A DNA stretch of 64,000 bases from Chitinophagaceae bacterium (GTDB taxonomy: Bacteria > Bacteroidota > Bacteroidia > Chitinophagales > Chitinophagaceae), in NCBI GenBank assembly GCA_004297075.1, contig SCVK01000025.1, positions 11,139-75,138 of the forward strand, read 5' to 3'. A program made the translations under genes and the position numbers. Shown piece after piece: positions 1 to 10,607 of this stretch (positions are counted from its first letter, which is position 1; each line of letters begins with the position of its first letter). A model generated the notes under the pieces. That model was not told where the DNA came from. It ran no database searches and worked only from the letters and a program-made list of their open reading frames with translations.

Positions 1-1
1 T

Positions 2-1381
2 GGCAGCAATATCTTCATGAAACCGGCCACCATGGCCTCTCAACTGGGATCTCCCTACCTGTTGATTCTTGTTTGGATAGTGGCCGGTATCGTAAGTATG
101 TTCGGCGCTATGGCTTTTGCAGAACTGGGAACCATGTTTCCGGAAACCGGCGGACAGTATGTATACCTACGTTATGCTTTCGGCGATCTGGTGGCTTATT
201 TGTACGGCTGGGCCAGTGTAGCCGTGATCAATACCGCATCTATTGCGGCCATGGGTTTTGTGCTGGCTTCGTATGCAAGTTATTTTATTCCGCTGCCCAA
301 TTTCAGTTTAGCCACCGAACAATCCGTTGTATGGCACCTGCCCCTGATCGGAAATATTCTGCCCTTGCAGCATTTTGGTGTAAAAGCCCTGGCCATCACC
401 GTGATCATGGGGTTAAGCCTGGTGAATTATGTAAGTGCCCGATCCGGTAACAGGATCCAGTTAATTGCTACTGCCATGAAAGTGATCGTGATCCTGTTAC
501 TGATCATGGGTATCTTTTTTTCGGGGAAAGGTCATGCGGTTAATTTCATCACCAATGCGCCCGGCTTTCAACTCAGTAACTGGACATTACTCGCTGGTTT
601 TATGGCCGCCACCACCGGTGCGTTTGCCGCTTATGATGGCTGGAATAACCTGAACATGGTAGCAGGCGAAATCAAGGATCCTGCTACAACCATCAATAAA
701 AGTCTGATCCTGGGTGTATCTGCCTGCATTTTCATTTATGTATTGATCTCCCTCGCCTATCTGTATGTATTACCGGTTGATATTATGGCGCAATCACCGC
801 TGGTGGCCAGCGATGCCGCTGCCGTAGTAATGGGTAATATGGCAGGTGCTGTCATTGCTTTATTGATTGTAATTTCCTGTTTTGGATCTGCCAATGCCAA
901 CCTGCTGGCCAATGCGAGGGTTATTTTTGCCATGGCGGGGTCCCATCTTTTTTTCAGCTGGTCGGGCAAAATACATCCGAAATTCGATACACCCGGGAAT
1001 GCCGTATTGATACTCGGCATCTGGAGTTCGGTGCTGGTGATCAGTGGTTCTTTTGATATACTTGCCGATATGTTCATTTTTATAGGCTGGGTATTTTATG
1101 GGTTAACTGTTCTCGGTTTTTTTATACTGCGAAGAAAAATGCCTGATCAGGAACGTCCGTATAAAGTCTGGGGCTATCCATGGATCCCACTGATCTTTCT
1201 GGCTTTTACAGGCCTCTATATCGGCACTACGCTTTATACTGATATCACCAATTACCTCAGTGGAAAATCGGCCATCATCAATTCTGTATTTGGCCTGGTT
1301 TTAACTGCTATCGGCATACCACTTTATTTTTATTTCAAGCGGAAAAACAAAGGAAAGATGGAAGCCTTTGGTAAATGGTAG
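2..1381 (+). CDS. APC-family amino acid permease (5' end outside window)
   Basis: Frame is open upstream of ATG 17 (GSNIFMKPA, a TM1 GxxIF-like motif). Contains AELGTMFPETGGQYVYL and AYDGWNN motifs and ~12 hydrophobic segments. Confidence 0.9.
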   Translation, partial: GSNIFMKPATMASQLGSPYLLILVWIVAGIVSMFGAMAFAELGTMFPETGGQYVYLRYAFGDLVAYLYGWASVAVINTASIAAMGFVLASYASYFIPLPNFSLATEQSVVWHLPLIGNILPLQHFGVKALAITVIMGLSLVNYVSARSGNRIQLIATAMKVIVILLLIMGIFFSGKGHAVNFITNAPGFQLSNWTLLAGFMAATTGAFAAYDGWNNLNMVAGEIKDPATTINKSLILGVSACIFIYVLISLAYLYVLPVDIMAQSPLVASDAAAVVMGNMAGAVIALLIVISCFGSANANLLANARVIFAMAGSHLFFSWSGKIHPKFDTPGNAVLILGIWSSVLVISGSFDILADMFIFIGWVFYGLTVLGFFILRRKMPDQERPYKVWGYPWIPLIFLAFTGLYIGTTLYTDITNYLSGKSAIINSVFGLVLTAIGIPLYFYFKRKNKGKMEAFGKW

Positions 1382-1397
1382 CAGCTCTCTGTTAATA

Positions 1398-1898
1398 CTA
1401 CCTGCACAACCGGGCGATCAGTTCGCTCATAGCGGGATACAAGGCCGTTAATTCATCGGCCCTGGCTAATTCAAAATCTGCAAAATCAAAACCGGGAGCT
1501 ACCGTACAGCCTACAAAAGAGTAGATACCACCGGGCACTGTTTCAGAAGCAAACCAGCTACCCGCCGGTACCACGGCCTGGAAGCATTCGCCTGCAGCCA
1601 GGTTATTGCCCAGTTTCAACAGCTCATACACCCCATTGGGATGGATCACATGCACATGCAGACTGTCACCCGTATAAAAATGCCAGCACTCATCGCTTTG
1701 TATGCGGTGAAAGGCGGAGAAATTACCCTGCTCCAGCAGAAAATAAATGGCAGTAGAAAAACACCTGCTGCCACTGAATCTTTCCGGCAAAGCCGAGTCT
1801 GTTATCTGCTCGGCCGAGCGGTACATTTCTTTGTAATAACCACCCTCCGGATGCGGTAATAATTGAAACCGCTCTACCAATGCTGTTACTGTGTACAT
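1398..1898 (-). CDS. Cupin_5/DUF985 family protein
   Basis: LLPHPEGGYYKE, STAIYFLL, FHRIQSDECWHFY and GCTVAPGFDFADFEL motifs. Confidence 0.9.
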   Translation of the reverse strand: MYTVTALVERFQLLPHPEGGYYKEMYRSAEQITDSALPERFSGSRCFSTAIYFLLEQGNFSAFHRIQSDECWHFYTGDSLHVHVIHPNGVYELLKLGNNLAAGECFQAVVPAGSWFASETVPGGIYSFVGCTVAPGFDFADFELARADELTALYPAMSELIARLCR

Positions 1899-1950
1899 GC
1901 TGCAATGTACAAGTCTTCATTTTGAATTAGATCCTTCAATAGCCATCATT

Positions 1951-1989
1951 TTTCAACACTGCGTCACAGCGGAACAGAGACACACAGGA
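1951..1989. repeat. Degenerate single arm of the CACAGAG-type intergenic repeat
   Basis: tttcaacactgcgtcacagcggaacagagacacacagga aligns in length and spacing with the right arm at 10732-10770. Confidence 0.45.
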
Positions 1990-2024
1990 CTGTTGTATAT
2001 TTAACCCCTTAATCGCCCCCCATT

Positions 2025-3245
2025 ATGAAACAAAAGATCACTGTATTGTTTGCCAGCACAATTGCGCTGTTATTCCTTTTCTTTACGCCCGTTCAAAAAA
2101 AACCGGGTACTTCAAAAAAACAGATCCGCACCGGTGCGGATCAAACAGAAAAATATCTGCCCCTGCTAACAGGCAAAAGGGTAGCCATTCTTGCCAACCA
2201 AACCACTGTTATCGGTAACCAGCACCTGGTAGACAGTTTACAAAAACGGGGCATCAACATTGTAAAAGTATTTGGACCCGAACATGGTTTCAGAGGTAAT
2301 GCCAGCGCGGGCGCCAAAGTAGCCGATGAGATAGACCAGGCTACCGGCATTCCTGTGATCTCTTTGTATGGTGGCAAAAACAAACCCAGCAAAGAAGACC
2401 TTGCCGATGTGGATATCTTGGTTTACGATCTGCAGGATGTTGGCTGCCGTTTTTATACCAATATCAATGCCCTGGCAAGATTGATGGAAGCTTGTTATGA
2501 GAACAATAAGGAATTACTGATTCTTGACAGACCCAACCCGAATGCTTATTTTATCGATGGGCCTGTCCTCGACATGAAACTGAAATCAGGTATCGGCATG
2601 TTCCCTATCCCGATTGCACATGGTTTAACCGTGGGCGAGTTTGCTAAAATGGTGAACGGTGAAGGCTGGCTCAGCAATAAAGTGCAGTGTAAGATCACTA
2701 TCATACCCGTAGCCAATTATAACCATGATATGGCCTACACCTTACCCGTAAAACCTTCGCCCAACCTGAATACACAGCAATCAATTCTGTTATACCCCTC
2801 GCTCTGTCTGTTTGAAGGAACGATCTTCAGCCAGGGGCGCGGCACCTACTTTCCTTTCACCGTTCTGGGCAATCCGGATGTGAAAGACAAATACAGTTTC
2901 TCTTTTACCCCTACCGGCATCAAGGGTATGGCAGAAACACCGCTGCACATGGATAAAGCCTGTTATGGTCTTGATCTTCGTAACTACAACACTGATCTGT
3001 TGCGTAAAAAGAAACAGGTCAATATCAGCTGGATGATAGAACTGTACAATGCCTATCCCTACAAAGAAAAATTCTTTGATTATAAACAAAGCAAAGAGAT
3101 GGGCAATATTGATAAACTCTCCGGCACCACCCAGTTCAAAGAACAGATCATGGCCGATGTACCCGAAGCAGAGATCCGCAAAAGCTGGGAACCCGGTCTA
3201 ACCCAATACAAAACCATGCGCAAAAAATACCTGCTCTATCCTTAA
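2025..3245 (+). CDS. namZ: Exo-beta-N-acetylmuramidase NamZ (DUF1343) family, exported
   Basis: N-terminal hydrophobic signal, FGPEHGFRG, YDLQDVGCRFYT, LDRPNP, PSPNL, C-terminal RKKYLLY. Confidence 0.88.
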   Translation: MKQKITVLFASTIALLFLFFTPVQKKPGTSKKQIRTGADQTEKYLPLLTGKRVAILANQTTVIGNQHLVDSLQKRGINIVKVFGPEHGFRGNASAGAKVADEIDQATGIPVISLYGGKNKPSKEDLADVDILVYDLQDVGCRFYTNINALARLMEACYENNKELLILDRPNPNAYFIDGPVLDMKLKSGIGMFPIPIAHGLTVGEFAKMVNGEGWLSNKVQCKITIIPVANYNHDMAYTLPVKPSPNLNTQQSILLYPSLCLFEGTIFSQGRGTYFPFTVLGNPDVKDKYSFSFTPTGIKGMAETPLHMDKACYGLDLRNYNTDLLRKKKQVNISWMIELYNAYPYKEKFFDYKQSKEMGNIDKLSGTTQFKEQIMADVPEAEIRKSWEPGLTQYKTMRKKYLLYP

Positions 3246-3254
3246 AATAGAAAG

Positions 3255-3303
3255 CAATGGGTAAAAAAAGACAGCTATTATGGCTGTCTTTTTTTACCCA
3301 TTG
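3255..3303. terminator. Bidirectional intrinsic terminator
   Basis: Perfect 21-bp stem caatgggtaaaaaaagacagc / gctgtctttttttacccattg between convergent genes. Confidence 0.85.
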
Positions 3304-3310
3304 TTAATTT

Positions 3311-6175
3311 TTAATTTTTAATTTTCACTTCCTCCGTTGCATCCCTTAACAAATACAATACCGACTGGTAATTATGTCCCGTAGCTTCACTCATCGCCAT
3401 CTCACAGGTTTTACCCGATGAGTAGAACCCATCGCAACGGTGGCTGTAAGCATATACTTCCCTGGCTTCATCTTTGGTGGCGCTGGCAGTAAGTTCCGGA
3501 AAATAAAAACCTCTGTCGCCGGCCATACCACAACAGCCACTAAGGAAAGGGATATTGGCTTTTTCTGCACAGCAATCACCAATAGCCTGCAGTTTATGCA
3601 GCTGGTTCATTTTATGGGAGGTACATACCGGGTGAAAAGCCACCAGTTTTTTCTGCTTTGTAATCTTTAACCGCGGCAATAAATAATCCGCCGCAAAATC
3701 AATACTATCTATGATCTGCAGTTGTTTAAATCTCTGCTGATTCTCTTCTGTTAGATAAGGATAAGAGCTTTGCAGCGAATGAGTACAGGAAGTAACATCC
3801 ATTAATACCGGCACTTTGCCGCCCCTGGTCCATTTCCACAAAATCTCCATGGTGCGGTTCACCGTTTCTTTATAAGCCGGTTGAAACCCTTTGGAGGAGA
3901 ATAACTGTCCGCAACAAACACCCGTGGTATGATTGGCCACAAACAGTTTCAGCCCTGCCCGTTTACACAATAGCGCCACTACCTGGTTAATAGACATGGC
4001 GTCTTCTTTATCATCTCCCATCATCCGGGTAATGCAGGATGGGAAATAGACAACATCCGGTGCGGAAGGTTTGCGTCCGCGGATATACAGTGGTGAGGAA
4101 ATCGAATTACTCCACAGCGGAAAACCCGGAATCTTTGTGCGCAGCCATTTTGTAAACTTCGTCATGGTATCATCGCCACCAATCCAGTTAATCACATGGG
4201 CACCGTGTAAGGCTATTTTCACCACTGTTTCTACCAGACCAAAATGGCGGGCCACGCGCAGTGCGAGTTTATTTTCTTTGGGCGAATGATTCTCCCTGCG
4301 TAATCTTTTGATCAGCTCTCCCGTATTGATCGATACCGGACAATCAATGGCACACATACCATCTACCGCACAGGTATCCATACCTGAGAACTGAAACTGT
4401 TCTTTCAGTTTTTCGTAATCAACCGTATTACCCTGCGCATTCAGTCTTTGTAAAGAGCGGCGCACCTGGATCCGCTGCCGGGGTGTTAGTGTATAGTTGC
4501 GGCTGGGACAACGGTTCTCACAATACCCGCACTCTACACATTTATCTACTTCCTCTTCTACCACAGGCATGGTTTTCATATTCTTCAGGTGGCACCGATC
4601 ATCTTTGTTGATGATGACACCGGGATTCAGAATATTCAGCGGATCAACCAGCTGTTTCACCCTTCGCATAATCTTATAGGCTTCATCGCCCCACTCCTGT
4701 CTTACATAAGGTGCAATCTGACGGCCGGTTCCATGTTCCGCTTTCAGCGATCCATCATATTTACGGATCACCAGGTCGGCCAGCTCATCGTTGAACGCTT
4801 CAAATACCGCGATCTCTTCGGCGGTATTCACCGGCTGTGTTACCAGAAAGTGCAGGTTACCTTCTTTGGCATGGCCGAAAATGATCGCATCCGTATACCC
4901 GTATTTGGCAAACAATACCTGCAGATCCGTTACTGCCTTTCCCAGGTTCTCCAAAGGAACCGCCACATCTTCCAGCATGGCCGTAGTGCCCTTGGCACGC
5001 ACGGCTGCTACAGAGGGATACATACCTTTCCGCAGTTTCCAGAGTTTGGCCTGTTCATAGGATACTTTCGTAAAATCCAGCTGATCCAAAACCGGCAGTG
5101 TGCCGATGATGGGGCGGGCACGCTCTAAAAGTGCTTCCAGCGCTTCTTCCGAAGCTGCCTGGTATTCACACAAAATAGCCGTTGCCTGCGAGGGCATGGC
5201 TTTCACCATGGCCGGACAATATTCCAGGTGTTCTACCGAGCGCAGCGCCGGTCTGTCCATCAGCTCCAGCGCTTCTGCTTCGGTTGCTTTTAATGCCGGT
5301 ATGGCTTCTGCGGCTATGACCGGGTTCTCAAAAAACAACAGACCGGTTGCTTTGTATCGTTTATCAGGAATGGTGTGTAATACCGCTTCTGCAATAAAAC
5401 CCAGCGTACCCTCGGCACCGATAAGTAAATGTGCCATGATATCGAGCGGATGCTCATAATCGATGAAAGCGTTGATACCATAGCCCACCGTATTTTTAAT
5501 GCGGTACTTACTGCGGATCTTATCTGCAAGTGCTGGGTTGGACAAAATCTGTTTACGGATCTCGCGTAATCCTTCCGACAGCACTTCTTCTCCCGCCTGG
5601 AACTTGAAATAATCATCTCTGGCGGCTGTATTATATTCCTTTCCACTGGGCAGTACAAAACGGATGGTCTCCAGTGTGTGATAAGAATTATGGGTAACCC
5701 CGCAACACATACCACTGCTGTTATTAGAGAGAATACCTCCCATCATGGCGGCACTGATGGATGCCGGATCGGGACCAATTTTGGCAGAGAAAGATCCCAG
5801 TTTCTGATTCACGTGCGCCCCAATGGCACCGGGCTCTACCCTAACGCGGGCTCCGCTGCTGAGCGGATCGGCTTTTTTCCAGCCACGGGCCAGGTCAACG
5901 AGTATACCATCAGTGATGGATTGTCCGCTGAGACTGGTACCTCCTGTACGGAAAGTAAGCGGCACACTATATTGATGGGCAAATACAAATAACCACTTGA
6001 TCTCATCGATGGTGGTAGGTTGTACAATAGCCTGGGGAAGTAAGTAATAAAAACCCGCATCTCCCGCAAATGCATACCGGTCTATCAGCGATAATTTCAG
6101 TTTTTCCGGGGGAAAATAACGGCTCAGTTCATACCCGACATCTACGGCAGTATCCTTATTGGTTAATATTGGCAT
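3311..6175 (-). CDS. FAD- and Fe-S-binding oxidoreductase, D-lactate dehydrogenase (Dld-II)-like
   Basis: FRTGGTSLSGQ, GPDPAS, GSLKAEHGTGR, ferredoxin motifs CVECGYCENRCP and CAVDGMCAIDCP, CCG domains. Confidence 0.85.
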   Translation of the reverse strand: MPILTNKDTAVDVGYELSRYFPPEKLKLSLIDRYAFAGDAGFYYLLPQAIVQPTTIDEIKWLFVFAHQYSVPLTFRTGGTSLSGQSITDGILVDLARGWKKADPLSSGARVRVEPGAIGAHVNQKLGSFSAKIGPDPASISAAMMGGILSNNSSGMCCGVTHNSYHTLETIRFVLPSGKEYNTAARDDYFKFQAGEEVLSEGLREIRKQILSNPALADKIRSKYRIKNTVGYGINAFIDYEHPLDIMAHLLIGAEGTLGFIAEAVLHTIPDKRYKATGLLFFENPVIAAEAIPALKATEAEALELMDRPALRSVEHLEYCPAMVKAMPSQATAILCEYQAASEEALEALLERARPIIGTLPVLDQLDFTKVSYEQAKLWKLRKGMYPSVAAVRAKGTTAMLEDVAVPLENLGKAVTDLQVLFAKYGYTDAIIFGHAKEGNLHFLVTQPVNTAEEIAVFEAFNDELADLVIRKYDGSLKAEHGTGRQIAPYVRQEWGDEAYKIMRRVKQLVDPLNILNPGVIINKDDRCHLKNMKTMPVVEEEVDKCVECGYCENRCPSRNYTLTPRQRIQVRRSLQRLNAQGNTVDYEKLKEQFQFSGMDTCAVDGMCAIDCPVSINTGELIKRLRRENHSPKENKLALRVARHFGLVETVVKIALHGAHVINWIGGDDTMTKFTKWLRTKIPGFPLWSNSISSPLYIRGRKPSAPDVVYFPSCITRMMGDDKEDAMSINQVVALLCKRAGLKLFVANHTTGVCCGQLFSSKGFQPAYKETVNRTMEILWKWTRGGKVPVLMDVTSCTHSLQSSYPYLTEENQQRFKQLQIIDSIDFAADYLLPRLKITKQKKLVAFHPVCTSHKMNQLHKLQAIGDCCAEKANIPFLSGCCGMAGDRGFYFPELTASATKDEAREVYAYSHRCDGFYSSGKTCEMAMSEATGHNYQSVLYLLRDATEEVKIKN

Positions 6176-6278
6176 AGTGGGTACAAATTTAACCCAATTC
6201 AGATACCAATACAGACCGTTTAGCCATTTGCGTATAAATACCTGTAAAAAGTAACGGCCATAAAACCAACACTAAACA

Positions 6279-6329
6279 AAACCGTGCCTTTGTGTGCATT
6301 CTTTTCACACAAAGGCTAAGGCACGGTTT
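6279..6329. terminator. Hairpin downstream of the 6336 gene
   Basis: aaaccgtgcc/ggcacggttt and gcctttgtgtg/cacacaaaggc inverted repeats. Confidence 0.55.
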
Positions 6330-6335
6330 GATTTT

Positions 6336-9251
6336 TCATACTAGTGCCTGGTACAACACTTCCACCGTATGCAAAGCTTCTCTGCCGGTTCCGTCTTTTA
6401 CCTGGTGGCGGCAACTGGTGCCCGGAGCGGCAATGATGGTGTCTGCGGCCTGTTGTCGTACTGTTGGCAGCAATACCAGCTCACCGATCTGCATTGACAA
6501 ATCATAATGTTCTTTCTCAAACCCGAAAGAACCCGCCATACCGCAACAACCCGAAGCAATGGTTTCAACCGTATACTGTGCGGGCAGGGATAACATTTTT
6601 ACAGAAGCAGACAGATTGGAAACAGATTTCTGCTGGCAATGCCCATGCAGTTTTACCAATCGCTTTTCTCTGGTAAATGATTCGGAACTGATATTTCCTT
6701 TTTCTATTTCTGCCGCAATGAATTCATCAATGAGGAAAACATGTTTCGCCATTTCTTTTGCCGCAGACAGGTTTTCATCCAAAGCGAGATCAGGATATTC
6801 ATCGCGGAAGGTAAGAATGGCCGATGGCTCAATCCCGATCAATGGAGTATCGGCAGAGACCAGCGGACTTAATGCCACAATATTCCGGTTGATGATCTGC
6901 TGCGCCTTCCGGATCAACCCCTTCGATAACCAGGTACGGCCGCTTTCTTCGTGGTTGGGTATGGCTACAGTATAACCTAACTTCTCCAGTAAAAGAATGG
7001 CGGTAATACCGATATGTGCGTCGTTATAATTGGTAAACTCATCGCAGAACAGGTATACTTTTCTGCCGGATGCCGGTATGGCTTTTTTCCGGTGTTGTGC
7101 ATACCAGTTTTTCAAGGTTGTAGTGGACAAACTTGGCATGGATCGCTTTTGCGCAAAACCGGCAAACCATTTAATCAGGCTGCCCGTAACAACATTACCC
7201 ACAAAGAAATTATAAACGGAAGGCATTAAAGAACCCAACTTAGCCGACGCCGTAAAATTGGCTATCAGTTTTGACCGGAAAGGAACCCCATGTACATCAT
7301 AATACTGCTGTAGAAATTCTGCTTTCAGTTTGGCCATATCCACATTGGAGGGACATTCCGATTTACAGGCTTTGCAACTCAGACAGAGATCCATCACTTC
7401 ATAAATCTCTTTGTGATCGAAGCGGTTGATTTTATCGGAATGTGTTAAAAACTCACGTAGTATATTGGCCCGGGCACGGGTAGTATCTTTTTCATTGTGC
7501 GTGGCCATGAACGAAGGACACATGGTGCCGCCGGATAAATGCGTTTTCCGGCAATCGCCAGAGCCATTACATTGTTCTGCATGCTGCAAAATATCCTGCT
7601 GGTGAAACCGGAAAATGGTTTTAAACTCTGGCGTAGACTGTCCCGGCTCATACCGCAACATGGTATTCATCGGTGGCGTATCTACGATCTTGCTGGGATT
7701 GAAAATATGCAACGGATCCCAGCAGGCTTTGATCTCTTTCAGCAACCGGTAGTTCTTCTCCCCTACCATGTGGCGGATAAATTCGCCCCGCAAACGCCCA
7801 TCGCCATGTTCGCCACTCAATGAACCCTGGTATTTTTTCACCAGCGTGGCCACTTCTTCCGCAATCACGCGGAACAGGCGGTTTCCTTCCGCTGTTTTCA
7901 GGTTGAGGATGGGGCGCAGGTGCAGCTCGCCCGAACCGGCATGCGCATAATGCACCGAATGCAGTCCGTGTTTGGTCAGGATCTCATTGAACTCCCGGAT
8001 ATACGCCGGCAGATCATTCACATCCACCGCCGTATCTTCTATCACCGGCACCGCTTTCTCATCGCCGGGCAGGTTGCCCAGCAAACCCAGTCCGGCTTTG
8101 CGCAGGGTCCAGATCTTTTTGGTATCCTCTCCGAACAATACCGGAAAATGATAACCCAGTCCGGCAGCCCGCATGTCTGCTTCTACCTGTGCAGTAATGG
8201 CCAGAATTTCTTCGCGTGAAGCACGGGCAAACTCGATCACGAGAATGGCACCGGGATCGCCCTGTACAAAAAAGCGGTTTTTACGTTGTTCGATATTTTC
8301 TTTGGTGCACTCGAGAATATAATGATCGATCAGTTCACTCGCACTGGGATGGTATTTCAACCCGATCAGGTTGGCCCGCAGCGATTCATCTATCGAGTTA
8401 AAATGCACGCAGAGCAAACCCGTTTCTCTCGGCGGCAGGGGCACCACATTCAGTTTGATCTCGGTCAGAAAAGCCAGGGTGCCTTCCGAACCCGCTATCA
8501 GCGAACAAAAATTAAAGGGTGCACCACCGGCGGTAAAAGGTTCCGTATCTACCAGCAGGTCTACGGCATACCCGGTATTCCTTCTCTCCACCGTTTTTTT
8601 CGGAAATTCTTTACGGATCTCTACCTGGTTCTCATAATTACTCAGTAATCGGCGGGTTTGCTGGTAGATCTGTCCCTCCAGGCCGGGCTGTTCACATTTT
8701 TCGTGAAAAGCGTCTATCGATAATTCTTTGAATACGGTTTCGGCCCCATCGCTCAGAAAAGCGGTTACTTCGAGCAAATGCTCGCGGGTACTGCGGTACA
8801 CCACAGAATTGGAGCCGCAGGAATTATTACCCACCATGCCACCGATCATGGCCCGGTTGGCGGTAGAGGTTTCGGGACCAAAAAACAGGCCGTAGGGTTT
8901 CAGAAACAGGTTCAGTTCATCCCTGATTACCCCTGGTTGTACCCTTACCCATTTCTCTTCCACATTGATTTCGAGGATCTCGTTAAAATGGCGCGACACA
9001 TCTACCACAATCCCGCTGCCTACTACCTGACCAGCCAGCGAAGTGCCGGCAGTGCGGGGTATCAAAGAAGTTTGGTTAGCCGCGGCAAAAGCGATCAGTA
9101 ACTGTATATCAGCCTTAGATCGGGGAATAGCCACCGCCAATGGCATTTCGCGGTAGGCCGATGCGTCGGTGGCATACAGCGTACGCATGGTGGTGTCGAA
9201 AAAAAGATCGCCTTCCAGTTGTTCTGAGAGTAACTGCAGCTTGGCCTTCAT
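6336..9251 (-). CDS. FAD-linked oxidase with C-terminal Fe-S/CCG domains (YdiJ/GlcDF-like)
   Basis: RTAGTSLAGQ, GSLSGEHGDGR, CNGSGDCRK, CLSCKACKSECP, HGHCQQK, GCCGMAGSFG. Start moved to ATG 9251 (MKAKLQ). Confidence 0.85.
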   Translation of the reverse strand: MKAKLQLLSEQLEGDLFFDTTMRTLYATDASAYREMPLAVAIPRSKADIQLLIAFAAANQTSLIPRTAGTSLAGQVVGSGIVVDVSRHFNEILEINVEEKWVRVQPGVIRDELNLFLKPYGLFFGPETSTANRAMIGGMVGNNSCGSNSVVYRSTREHLLEVTAFLSDGAETVFKELSIDAFHEKCEQPGLEGQIYQQTRRLLSNYENQVEIRKEFPKKTVERRNTGYAVDLLVDTEPFTAGGAPFNFCSLIAGSEGTLAFLTEIKLNVVPLPPRETGLLCVHFNSIDESLRANLIGLKYHPSASELIDHYILECTKENIEQRKNRFFVQGDPGAILVIEFARASREEILAITAQVEADMRAAGLGYHFPVLFGEDTKKIWTLRKAGLGLLGNLPGDEKAVPVIEDTAVDVNDLPAYIREFNEILTKHGLHSVHYAHAGSGELHLRPILNLKTAEGNRLFRVIAEEVATLVKKYQGSLSGEHGDGRLRGEFIRHMVGEKNYRLLKEIKACWDPLHIFNPSKIVDTPPMNTMLRYEPGQSTPEFKTIFRFHQQDILQHAEQCNGSGDCRKTHLSGGTMCPSFMATHNEKDTTRARANILREFLTHSDKINRFDHKEIYEVMDLCLSCKACKSECPSNVDMAKLKAEFLQQYYDVHGVPFRSKLIANFTASAKLGSLMPSVYNFFVGNVVTGSLIKWFAGFAQKRSMPSLSTTTLKNWYAQHRKKAIPASGRKVYLFCDEFTNYNDAHIGITAILLLEKLGYTVAIPNHEESGRTWLSKGLIRKAQQIINRNIVALSPLVSADTPLIGIEPSAILTFRDEYPDLALDENLSAAKEMAKHVFLIDEFIAAEIEKGNISSESFTREKRLVKLHGHCQQKSVSNLSASVKMLSLPAQYTVETIASGCCGMAGSFGFEKEHYDLSMQIGELVLLPTVRQQAADTIIAAPGTSCRHQVKDGTGREALHTVEVLYQALV

Positions 9252-9338
9252 TGCACAGGGTAATTTTAGATCAGCAGAAGTGGCAAAAATAACCAATTCT
9301 GATACTTACCGGTGTTAGCCTGCCGTTTAAACCGCAGA

Positions 9339-9803
9339 TCAGGTGATCAGGATCAGTTTCTGGGGAAGGGAGAAGTATTCCGCCTTGATCTTTTCGAGGT
9401 TTTCTTTTTTATTGAATAACTCGTAATATTCTTCTACGTCAATATTGCCGTTATCCCTGTTCACATATACAGGACCGGTAACGGAACTGGCAGGACCGTT
9501 CTCGAACAGAGCGGTACGAACGATCCCGTTTACCACGGCATCTTCGTTCAGCATACATTTATTTTTGCAGATCACGTTGCCATCGATCAGGCCTCCGATC
9601 ACGATATCATGACAAAGAATATCCCCGTTTACAGAGGCTTTTTTATCGATAATGACCTTATTGGTGCAGAAAATAATTCCCTTAAAATCGCCTTCGATGC
9701 GGATAGGAGAACTGGTTTTGATGATTCCGAAATAAACACCACCCGATACCACCTGCACGGCGGGGAGAATCTCGTCGGGTTTCTCAGTTTTTTTAAACAG
9801 CAT
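9339..9803 (-). CDS. Bactofilin (polymer-forming cytoskeletal protein)
   Basis: Repeating beta-solenoid pattern IRIEGDFKGII / ASVNGDILC / IVIGGLIDGNV / AVVNGIVRT. Confidence 0.8.
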   Translation of the reverse strand: MLFKKTEKPDEILPAVQVVSGGVYFGIIKTSSPIRIEGDFKGIIFCTNKVIIDKKASVNGDILCHDIVIGGLIDGNVICKNKCMLNEDAVVNGIVRTALFENGPASSVTGPVYVNRDNGNIDVEEYYELFNKKENLEKIKAEYFSLPQKLILIT

Positions 9804-9985
9804 AGAATGGGGGTTCTCTGGTTATTGGATGGGTAAGATAGCTAAAAAGAAAGATTCACGCCGAAAGAAAGGTGATGGAATCGTTATTTTTCCATCGTGC
9901 AGGCCGACTCATCACTTTTCGTCAAAAAATATTGACATTTCGTCATAAAATGTAATAATTTAGCTGCATACCAAACAAAAGACCC

Positions 9986-10588
9986 ATGAACAAATTCCGG
10001 GAGCAACTGCTGCATGATCCTAATTCCGGCTTCGGTACCCAAAGCGCGTCAGAAGATAAACAGCTGTTTATTACCAGTTCTACCAATATCTCCGGTATCC
10101 TTGATTCTGAAAATGAAATCACCCTGGACGGAAATTTCACCGGTGTCTTATACAGCAAAAAAACCATCAATATCACCCCTACCGGCATAATGAACGGGGT
10201 CATTATCTGTAACGACATTAAAGTGGAAGGCGAATTTGAAGGATCGATCTATGCACTGAAAGTAAACCTTTGCAAAGACTCGATCGTAAAAGGTAATATC
10301 CATTGTACCATCATCAATACCGAAATGAACCAGTATGTAGATGCCAATATCAAACTGCTGAGTCTGGAAACACCGGTATTTGAAGCCAGTTCTTCCGAAC
10401 TGTTCTCACAACTGAAAGAGACTTTCAATAAAAACAACAAAGACAATAACTACCTCGCCATTTTCCAGGAAAAACTGAATGCGATCAAATCGTCTACCAA
10501 GTTTTACCACCAGACCATTTACGTGGAGAGCAAACCCGAAACGCCCCCACCGGCCCAGGAAAACGATTACCTCGATTCCAATAACTAA
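9986..10588 (+). CDS. Bactofilin with C-terminal extension
   Basis: ITLDGNFTGVL / GIMNGVIIC / IKVEGEFEGSI / SIVKGNIHC repeats. Confidence 0.8.
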   Translation: MNKFREQLLHDPNSGFGTQSASEDKQLFITSSTNISGILDSENEITLDGNFTGVLYSKKTINITPTGIMNGVIICNDIKVEGEFEGSIYALKVNLCKDSIVKGNIHCTIINTEMNQYVDANIKLLSLETPVFEASSSELFSQLKETFNKNNKDNNYLAIFQEKLNAIKSSTKFYHQTIYVESKPETPPPAQENDYLDSNN

Positions 10589-10607
10589 GCCACCCGCTTT
10601 ACGATAC

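Noticed and set aside
3391-9101. Many 60-180 aa ORFs antisense to or nested in long genes, here and throughout the window
   Set aside because: Shadow frames of well-supported genes, with no recognisable motifs.
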